A DNA stretch of 64,000 bases, from the sequence record MK639187. The stretch is one strand, 5' to 3'. The DNA is from Shigella phage SSE1. Each line of letters starts with the position of its first letter. The stretch's first letter is position 1. A program made the translations under genes and the position numbers. Shown here in pieces: positions 56,727 to 64,000 of the stretch. The notes beneath the pieces are model-generated. The model saw nothing but the letters and a program-made list of their open reading frames with translations, did no database searches and was not told the DNA's origin.

Positions 56727-57389
56727 TTATTTAGCCCTTCCTAGTATTCGGATCGCTTGGTTGCATATAGCCGCTAAGCGATCTTCCTCAAGTATATTAT
56801 TATTCCCCTTATACCAATACATCGCCACAGTTCCAGCATAGATGTTATCCAAATTAAAGTATGGACAACTATACATATAAGAAAGTTCGGCAGTCTTAGA
56901 TTTTGTAGGCAAAAATGCAAATTCTGATTTAGACGAGAAATGACGGCCACTTAAATGAATTATATATTCATTAGCCGTTTTATCCACCGGGAATCCACCA
57001 AGGGACTTTTCAGAAATTGTGCTAGGTAGTTTGCCTTCATAAGCTATAAGGTCGACAAAATAATTTAAGTTTTTAGGTCTGAAAGAATACACAGCACTAA
57101 AATCTGCACCAGATGAGATATGAACTATTTGCAGTTGTTCTAGAGCCGCAGATTCAAAACGTAAAGCTCGTTCTTTTTGGATTATTTCAGTATAAGTATC
57201 ATACTTAGCTCTTACATAATAATCCAGCAAAATACTTCCTTTGTACCATATTAGTGCCATTAGGAACAAAAGAATAATTACCGCTACTCGGGACATTAAA
57301 ACCTTTCCAGTAGCGTTATCTTTGAAAATACGATCTAGCAACCCAAATAGAATATCACTAGGCGAAAATGACACTTTTGGTGTTGCCAT
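56727..57389 (-). CDS. t: Holin T
   Basis: 220 aa, N-terminal TM segment, recognised as T4 holin-like. Confidence 0.9.
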   Translation of the reverse strand: MATPKVSFSPSDILFGLLDRIFKDNATGKVLMSRVAVIILLFLMALIWYKGSILLDYYVRAKYDTYTEIIQKERALRFESAALEQLQIVHISSGADFSAVYSFRPKNLNYFVDLIAYEGKLPSTISEKSLGGFPVDKTANEYIIHLSGRHFSSKSEFAFLPTKSKTAELSYMYSCPYFNLDNIYAGTVAMYWYKGNNNILEEDRLAAICNQAIRILGRAK

Positions 57390-57398
57390 AATACCTCC

Positions 57399-57950
57399 TT
57401 ACTTAAAGATATTTATAATCGCTTTGACAATAGATTTTTTTTCAAGGTCAGGGAATTTAGGGAATTCACCGCCGAGATGTTCATGTTTTTCTAAAAGGGC
57501 AAAGAATTTTTTGAGCTCTTTAAATTTTCGTTTTTCTTCTCTATTAGCAACCTCTGCGTCAACAAGAGAACTTAAAACACTGAATAATTTATAGAGTTCA
57601 TGAATTTTTTTATCACGTTGAACTACACGTTTATATGCTTCATCTTCCTTCCAACCGTCGCCGGTCCAAATGTCAAATTCACCAGGTTCTTCTGTAGTAA
57701 CATTTTGAAGAGCACCTGGAGTGTCAATAACAATTTTTTGCTTATCATAAGTCCATACTGTTTTTCCACGATGGTCTTCAACATATACCCATTCTTGCTC
57801 GCGTTCGTCAAATATAACAGCATAGCCTTCTTTAGGGTCTAAAGGTTTTTTTGGTGTTGAATGAGCCGGAAATCCTACGCCTTTTAATGGTTTATAATTT
57901 TCTTCTTTGTAAAATTCTTTAGTGTCAAAATAATAATGATAGAGTTTCAT
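57399..57950 (-). CDS. 38: gp38, T4-type long tail fibre assembly chaperone
   Basis: 183 aa; MKLYHYYFDTKEFYKEENYKP recognised as T4-type gp38. Confidence 0.85.
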   Translation of the reverse strand: MKLYHYYFDTKEFYKEENYKPLKGVGFPAHSTPKKPLDPKEGYAVIFDEREQEWVYVEDHRGKTVWTYDKQKIVIDTPGALQNVTTEEPGEFDIWTGDGWKEDEAYKRVVQRDKKIHELYKLFSVLSSLVDAEVANREEKRKFKELKKFFALLEKHEHLGGEFPKFPDLEKKSIVKAIINIFK

Positions 57951-57974
57951 ATTATAAAAAGGGACCGAAGTCCC
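57951..57974 (-). terminator. Hairpin plus T-run after gp37 on the - strand (GGGAC-UUCG-GUCCC)
   Basis: Seen in sequence. Confidence 0.55.
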
Positions 57975-57980
57975 TTCTCC

Positions 57981-60900
57981 TTATGCTAAACGAACGATAT
58001 AGTTAAAAGCAACGTTTTTAACAGTGTTTTCTGTATTTCCTGTGGCATTTACAGTTATTGTATGTCCATGGGAACCAATTGCAACAGTATGAGAATGAGC
58101 ACCAATACCTACCGAATGGGTATGAGCACCAATACCTACCGTATGGGCATGGTTACCAGTAGCGCTAGTAGTTCCTGACCAACTATGGGTATGGTTACCT
58201 TCTGTTGACGACTTTGCAATATATTGGCTTGTACCAGGCACGACACCGTTGCTTAGGCCAAAACCAACAACCTGAGACCCACTAATTAGAGTAGCCCCAT
58301 TAGGAAATATCCCGGTCGGTTGGTTACTAGGTCCTCTTGGGCCTGTCTGTGAGTGCTGGTGGTTACCAGCGGCACTAGTATTACCACTCACTGTATGGTT
58401 ATGGTTACCAGTAGTATTACTGGTTTTAGTACCATAATCAAAGCTTGAAGTCGTTTTGCTACCGTAATCAAAACTAGAAGTGGTCTTAGTACCTAAATCC
58501 GTGCTTGACGCACTTGCACTATGGCTATGTGACTTAACACCATCTTCTTCTGTACTTAATACAGCACGTCCAGATGGTTTACCCTTGATAGTTTGACCAC
58601 GCATATCAGGCAGAGTGCCGGAAGGATACACCGCAGCTAACTTAGGATACAAGTCAGCATCAAACGTCTGGCCTTCCATTATGGCATAACCTTCAGGAGG
58701 TGTATCAGTAGGCCAAGGAATCGGAGCACCAATTGGATAACTTGAGACAATATCTGTCTTAAGGTTATTTATTGTCGAGTTCAAGTTAGCAAAGTTACCA
58801 GTGCCTCCAGTGATGTTACCATCAGTACCGAATTGAGCATTACCAACTTTTAATGGTTTAGTAATATCGACAGTATCAGAATTCAGTGCAATACCATGTG
58901 AATAGGTGTAACTATGCATACGAACGACGTTACCGCCATCGCCAATACCTAAATACCATTTTGTAACATCTGCTTTACGTCCTTGAATAAAGTTAGAAGA
59001 CTCTTGCGTTGGGGCATTTATTCTAATAGCATCTGACGCCGCATTAACTGTAATACGTTTCCCTGCTGTTGTTCCACTAGTTTCTACTTTAAATATTCCA
59101 CCACCGATATCTACATCATGGTCCATAGAAACTTTACCGGTACTTAATGTAATATAGAACGGACGTAAATTAGAAATACCACCTGATTCGCCAGCATTCT
59201 GTGGGGTCGGAATAATATAAAGCTTATCTTCTGAACGGCGGAAAATAGCACCATATTCAGCGTTCCAAATTCTTAATACATCTGCTGTTCCACCAATTTT
59301 AACTTGGCCTGTAATAGAAGAACCACCTTGGACAAACAAACCGTTAGACATGGTAACATTGCCACCAAAAGAACCTGTACCGGAGGCACTTATATTACCA
59401 AGGCCTATGATATGGCCTGTTTCGACAGTTCCGTTAAATTTAAAGTTAACAGGACCTACTGTTTCACCAGAAGCCGGGTTGGTACGTTGAGCATAAAAAT
59501 AATAACCTTGTGAATCTGATACTTCAAATACAGTTTCTCTATTACCCTTTTCAGCGTTAAATGAGTTACCCCATGCTTTAATGGTTACAGTATTTTTATT
59601 CTGACCATTACGAGTACCTGCATCCCAGTTAATGGTTTTTGTCCCGTCAACGCCTGTAGGCGCTTTAAATGTCAAAGCATTGGTATTGTCATCACCTGAT
59701 AAAAATAACCCAGTACGCATTGAAATACGTTGGGTTGAGTCAAATGTACCATCTGCTCTAATAGCAACCCTATTTGAACTGGTTTTAATATCTAAAATGC
59801 CAGGCTCAACAAGAAGCCCATCACCCATACTAACGGACATACGACCAGTGCCACGGAAATAGTGATACATCTTGGCATTGCTACTATAACCGATATGAGT
59901 CTGACCGTCACCGTTATTATTACCATCAACATCGGTACGCGCAGTAAACATTGCTTGGTTGTTATTTGGGTAATCCCAAGTAGAACCAGAATCTCGACTA
60001 TAACCAACCATCAATTTTTTAGTACTGTTAATACCGTTATTAAGAATAGTGCCGGCAGAAATACCATTCGCAACTAAATCGATAACCCCGTCACGAACCC
60101 ATTTAATACCAGTATCATTGTCACCAATTGCAATACCTTTACCAAACGAAACCAATGGATAACGTCCTTGGTCACCAACATCAGCAAGACCTATACCTAT
60201 CGAATTAGCAACAGACATACGCCCATCTGTGGTATAAGACCATTGATAAACTTCAGCATTACGTCCTGTCCAATACGAAATATTCTGTGGTTTACCTGAA
60301 CGAGCATCAGCAACTTCATGGAAAATAGCAGAAGAAACATGTCCGCGGAATTTACGAAGGTAGTTTATACCATTAGTATCCAAATCCGTTTCGGTTGGAG
60401 TATACTGCCAAGTCGGTAATGAAACTAAATCATATGCAGTATCAATATTAGTGTCCCAAGATTTAGTGCTCACATTGATATTTTTGGTAATAACTTTAGG
60501 ACCAATTAAAGAACCAGCTTTAGTTTCAATATTACTTTGAGTAACTAAATATCCATTAGATACTAATAAACTTCCGGAATCAACTTGAAAATTACCGTTT
60601 CGATTAAAAGTCCAGTATTTTGAAGTCCCGGTTTCATCAATATAATGGAATTTAAAACTACCTTCGTTTACTAATGTACCAGCAGAAAAAGTTCCATCTT
60701 TATAGCGTTGTTTAATCAGTGGATGGTATTCTGAAACAGAAGTAGTTGAACTTAAATCTGTAAAGATAGGGGCTTTATTCGAATGTTGGTTAGCCCAAGC
60801 GCCATTTCCAGTGGTTTTAGGTAAAAATTCAATGTATTTTCCTGCATAAACAAACTGATTTCCATTGAGATTATACGTGCCGTTTTGTAAATAATCGCCA

Positions 60901-61094
60901 GTTTGAGTTACATTACCGTTAATATCCCCACCCTTAGCAAAGCCTAGGCTAATAATATTACCGAGGTCATCTTTAGTAAAAAGAGTTCGATCTTTTAAGT
61001 TTATCGCTAATTCGCCTTCGGCTAATTGTGCTGCAGTAGGATTAACTCCTGCCACTTTGCTTCTTTTAAATTGTATCTGTTTTAATGTAGCCAT
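57981..61094 (-). CDS. 37: Long tail fibre distal subunit gp37
   Basis: 1037 aa; C-terminal His-x-His repeat tip and [10 protein letters not shown] end. Confidence 0.9.
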   Translation of the reverse strand: MATLKQIQFKRSKVAGVNPTAAQLAEGELAINLKDRTLFTKDDLGNIISLGFAKGGDINGNVTQTGDYLQNGTYNLNGNQFVYAGKYIEFLPKTTGNGAWANQHSNKAPIFTDLSSTTSVSEYHPLIKQRYKDGTFSAGTLVNEGSFKFHYIDETGTSKYWTFNRNGNFQVDSGSLLVSNGYLVTQSNIETKAGSLIGPKVITKNINVSTKSWDTNIDTAYDLVSLPTWQYTPTETDLDTNGINYLRKFRGHVSSAIFHEVADARSGKPQNISYWTGRNAEVYQWSYTTDGRMSVANSIGIGLADVGDQGRYPLVSFGKGIAIGDNDTGIKWVRDGVIDLVANGISAGTILNNGINSTKKLMVGYSRDSGSTWDYPNNNQAMFTARTDVDGNNNGDGQTHIGYSSNAKMYHYFRGTGRMSVSMGDGLLVEPGILDIKTSSNRVAIRADGTFDSTQRISMRTGLFLSGDDNTNALTFKAPTGVDGTKTINWDAGTRNGQNKNTVTIKAWGNSFNAEKGNRETVFEVSDSQGYYFYAQRTNPASGETVGPVNFKFNGTVETGHIIGLGNISASGTGSFGGNVTMSNGLFVQGGSSITGQVKIGGTADVLRIWNAEYGAIFRRSEDKLYIIPTPQNAGESGGISNLRPFYITLSTGKVSMDHDVDIGGGIFKVETSGTTAGKRITVNAASDAIRINAPTQESSNFIQGRKADVTKWYLGIGDGGNVVRMHSYTYSHGIALNSDTVDITKPLKVGNAQFGTDGNITGGTGNFANLNSTINNLKTDIVSSYPIGAPIPWPTDTPPEGYAIMEGQTFDADLYPKLAAVYPSGTLPDMRGQTIKGKPSGRAVLSTEEDGVKSHSHSASASSTDLGTKTTSSFDYGSKTTSSFDYGTKTSNTTGNHNHTVSGNTSAAGNHQHSQTGPRGPSNQPTGIFPNGATLISGSQVVGFGLSNGVVPGTSQYIAKSSTEGNHTHSWSGTTSATGNHAHTVGIGAHTHSVGIGAHSHTVAIGSHGHTITVNATGNTENTVKNVAFNYIVRLA

Positions 61095-61102
61095 AAGTCC
61101 TC

Positions 61103-61765
61103 TTAATAATAGCCGAAATCTTGAACAGAATCTTTAATTACAATCTGGTCGAAACGAGGAACGTGATTAGCCTCAGACGCCGGATTCTGTGAGAAAAAGT
61201 TTGGTGCTGTTAAAGTACCAGTCATGGTATCGCCTTTACGCAATACACGGGAATTTGCGTTATCCGTAACAATATTTATTCGTCCATCAACATAGTCCTT
61301 TCTAGTAAGGTCATTCGCTGCTACAGGAGCAGTAGCGTTAGAACGGACAGGACCAGTTGCATAAACACCACCCTTAGTGCTGATATCACCGGTACGAGAG
61401 TTAATAACAACAGTTCTACCTGCTGTTCCTTGTGATGATTTAAATCCAACCCCATACCACGAAACGATGTCAATATTTGCTATATCAAAAGTAGCTGCGT
61501 CACCGTTACCCGGATAAATACCACATTGTTGACTACTACCTACAGTAGGAACATGTACGCCTCCATTAAATCTAACGGTCGCGGCGTAAGTACCACCATT
61601 AGCTTTAGAAACGAAATCGTTATCAGCCGCTTGTGGTTTATTATATTCTGAATAGAGTTTAAACGTTTTATACAGGACGTCATCACCTGCCGGCATTAAA
61701 GGGAAATTACCTTGATGCCATATAACAGCACCGCCAGTTGTACTACCAGCTTTTAAATCGGCCAT
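61103..61765 (-). CDS. 36: Long tail fibre connector gp36
   Basis: 220 aa, between gp35 and gp37; late promoter upstream. Confidence 0.8.
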   Translation of the reverse strand: MADLKAGSTTGGAVIWHQGNFPLMPAGDDVLYKTFKLYSEYNKPQAADNDFVSKANGGTYAATVRFNGGVHVPTVGSSQQCGIYPGNGDAATFDIANIDIVSWYGVGFKSSQGTAGRTVVINSRTGDISTKGGVYATGPVRSNATAPVAANDLTRKDYVDGRINIVTDNANSRVLRKGDTMTGTLTAPNFFSQNPASEANHVPRFDQIVIKDSVQDFGYY

Positions 61766-61789
61766 AGTTGTCTCCTTATATGTATACCA

Positions 61790-61797
61790 TATTTATA
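61790..61797 (-). promoter_or_regulatory. T4 late promoter TATAAATA upstream of gp36
   Basis: Reverse complement of TATTTATA. Confidence 0.55.
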
Positions 61798-61822
61798 CAA
61801 AAATGGGAGACCGAAGTCTCCC
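61798..61822 (-). terminator. Hairpin after gp35 on the - strand (GGGAGAC-UUCG-GUCUCCC)
   Basis: Followed by CAUUUUUG, then late promoter of gp36. Confidence 0.5.
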
Positions 61823-61827
61823 TAAAT

Positions 61828-62955
61828 TTATTCTGATGCTTCTTTAAATTCTTGTCCAAATACCTTACCAGTATCAGTTGAAGATTGAGTAGGTAATGTC
61901 ATTATGTCTGGGGCACTTAAAGATTCTGAAACATAATTTACACGAATACCATTTATACCAAACTCAGCAGGTTTTGAAACGCTTCCATTACATGATACTT
62001 CAGTGAATATAACGTTTCTTAATCCACCTTGCCCGACTGGAGCTGTACGATAACAATAAATCGTGAACCCGTCAGCACCAGCAGGAATTTCTATGTAGTC
62101 TTCATATATCTTCCATTCACCTGCAGCCCCATCAAAGTTTATATCCTTAAATGAAATAGGTGAAGTAGAAGGAGATTTAAAGAAACGAATAGAAAGTCGT
62201 GTCGTCCCTTGTGCTAACAAATCGACATCGGCCATTAGTTGGAATTTCATATAAAGGAAATCTCCAGGCTTCAATTTATACCCGGCGAGAGGTGTAATAA
62301 GAGATGTTGTAGGCATCCTTTTAATTTCATTATTAGTACCTCCAACGGCAGATAAAAATGTGTCTGACGATTCATACGTACGACTAGGGAAGCCGGTAGC
62401 ACCAATATCATCGATCGTGTCGTACACAACATCAAGTGGTGTACTATAGTCGGTTGAAGTTTTCTTATTACTATACTTAATATGTTCTAGTGCTATAGCA
62501 TTCTTACCAGAAATATAAAACGCAGAATAAGAAATGTCCACTATATTTAAAACTTGTTGAGCTAATGGAATAGCAGAACTTCCGGCTTTATTAAACCATG
62601 TAAGAACTTCGGGTGGAAAGTTTGTTTTAGCGTTAGTAACAAGAGCAAATATAAAATTTGAAGCATATGTGTCCATGAAAGTAACAAATGCACTTGACGT
62701 GGCGTCGTTTTCAGTAGAGAAATTATATGACTTAGATTCAACTACTGCACCTGTTGTAGGATTTATTACACGAACGTTTAATCCAACAGAAAAAACCTGG
62801 GACCCAAGTGGATTATCTTGGAACTTAATATAAGCAGGAGATGTTGATAGCGGACAAGAGCCCGCTATGCTTAATTTAAATCGTACCGAATTGCTTTCCG
62901 ATAAAAATGGCGTTTGGACGTATCCTTGTCCAAACTTAGCCATAAATTTTTCCAT
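61828..62955 (-). CDS. 35: Long tail fibre hinge gp35
   Basis: 375 aa, between gp34 and gp36. Confidence 0.8.
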   Translation of the reverse strand: MEKFMAKFGQGYVQTPFLSESNSVRFKLSIAGSCPLSTSPAYIKFQDNPLGSQVFSVGLNVRVINPTTGAVVESKSYNFSTENDATSSAFVTFMDTYASNFIFALVTNAKTNFPPEVLTWFNKAGSSAIPLAQQVLNIVDISYSAFYISGKNAIALEHIKYSNKKTSTDYSTPLDVVYDTIDDIGATGFPSRTYESSDTFLSAVGGTNNEIKRMPTTSLITPLAGYKLKPGDFLYMKFQLMADVDLLAQGTTRLSIRFFKSPSTSPISFKDINFDGAAGEWKIYEDYIEIPAGADGFTIYCYRTAPVGQGGLRNVIFTEVSCNGSVSKPAEFGINGIRVNYVSESLSAPDIMTLPTQSSTDTGKVFGQEFKEASE

Positions 62956-62963
62956 AATACCTC

Positions 62964-64000
62964 TTATTCAATCCACTCGAATTTAACAGATTTATTCACA
63001 GGGTCTGGAATAACGCGGACATTACCAATCCTTAAGAAATCCCTTATTGTCAAGTTTCCGATTGTTGCATTATCAGAAGGTAAAGCACCAATATCAGATG
63101 GCTGAGGAGGGTTACCCCCATCAAATACTTGAACAAAACTTGACCAAGAATTTTTAGTTTTCTGCCATGTACGAGTCCAGCGAGTGGTACGTGCTTCCGG
63201 AGTTGTTGGATAAGTAATCCAATCTTGGTAAAGCGAATCAAGTGTGTTACCAAACTGAGTCAATGTACCAGGAGATTTAACTTCTTCGCCACGTTCTAAG
63301 TATGGAAGTCCAGACACTTCATTAGTTTTTTCAACCATTTTAAAATAACCAGGGAACTGGTTATAAGTGGCTGAATCATTAATATCAATTGACCAGAATC
63401 CTACAGTATCGGATGTTGGCGCACGAGTATATAAGTCAGATGTTTTAGTACCCTGAGAACGAATTCTAGAGTTAACAGTCAAACCATCTGAATTTATAGT
63501 AGCACCTTTGGCAATGATTAAGCCTTCACCAATCGTTACTTGGCCGGATGCATTATTAATAGCTAAAGGACGTAATCCATTAAATCCGCCAGTCTGATCG
63601 CCTGATGCAGTGAGCATAAAATAGGTATTAGCAGCGTCATTACGAATAAAGAATCCGTAATCACCACTAATTGCTCTGAAAGCATTTGCAGACTTACTAA
63701 TGAATTCGCCATTAGCAGTAACTGAACGACCGAATGTTGCAACGCCATTAACATTCATCAAACCGGAAGCATTAATGTTTATTGGCATCACAGTACCATT
63801 AATGCTAAACGCTATATTCCCATCTTTATTACGTTGAGAATAAAAATGATTAGACGTTTCATCACCAACTTCAAATACAGTAGAACGTGTTGTATCTGAT
63901 CCGCCACCAAACTGATTTCCCCAAACTCTGATAGTCATCGTCTGTGCTGGATTAGTTCCAGTTTGAGGTCCTTTCTCAAAAATCAGACGAGTTGCCGTTC
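62964..64000 (-). CDS. 34: Long tail fibre proximal subunit gp34, C-terminal part (5' end beyond window)
   Basis: Frame open to window edge on the - strand; directly upstream of gp35. Confidence 0.8.
   Translation of the reverse strand, partial: TATRLIFEKGPQTGTNPAQTMTIRVWGNQFGGGSDTTRSTVFEVGDETSNHFYSQRNKDGNIAFSINGTVMPININASGLMNVNGVATFGRSVTANGEFISKSANAFRAISGDYGFFIRNDAANTYFMLTASGDQTGGFNGLRPLAINNASGQVTIGEGLIIAKGATINSDGLTVNSRIRSQGTKTSDLYTRAPTSDTVGFWSIDINDSATYNQFPGYFKMVEKTNEVSGLPYLERGEEVKSPGTLTQFGNTLDSLYQDWITYPTTPEARTTRWTRTWQKTKNSWSSFVQVFDGGNPPQPSDIGALPSDNATIGNLTIRDFLRIGNVRVIPDPVNKSVKFEWIE

Noticed and set aside
56724-56729. Zero-spacing convergent junction of asiA (+) and holin t (-)
   Set aside because: Expected boundary between early and late gene blocks in T4-like genomes
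1-64000. CRISPR array, tRNA genes, integrase or attachment sites
   Set aside because: The recurring short motifs are promoter cassettes and UUCG hairpins, not repeat-spacer arrays; no cloverleaf-like segments or recombinase ORFs were seen

Overview
The window is a near-complete early/middle gene region of a T4-like (Tevenvirinae) myovirus, collinear with the T4 map read on the complementary strand. On the + strand it runs nrdC, endonuclease VII (49), nrdD, nrdG, gp55, gp47, gp46, gp45, gp44, gp62, regA, gp43, gp42, uvsX, gp40, gp41, gp61, gp56, soc, a Mod-like ADP-ribosyltransferase, srd-like, dda, dexA, gp39, rIIA, rIIB, ndd, gp52, motA and asiA. It then meets the convergently oriented late genes on the - strand: holin t, gp38, gp37, gp36, gp35 and the 3' part of gp34. 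Assignments rest on recognition of conserved protein sequence and motifs plus synteny; no database search was run. The 903-aa polymerase and the lack of alpha/beta-glucosyltransferase homologues suggest an RB69-like lineage. Accessory content sits in the usual plastic regions. The most notable is a five-gene block between gp43 and gp42 that looks like a self-contained nucleotide-sugar (arabinose-type) pathway, plus a GT-B-like glycosyltransferase between gp39 and rIIA; together with gp42 this points to a non-glucose hmC sugar modification, a system already reported for RB69-like phages rather than new. Other items: an HNH endonuclease ORF running in frame into gp56, a ~3.5 kb insert between gp41 and gp61 carrying a superinfection-exclusion-like module, three tandem paralogues after dexA, and more than 20 T4-type early promoters, many embedded in inverted repeats (PeSL-like cassettes). 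No tRNA, CRISPR array or integrase was seen.
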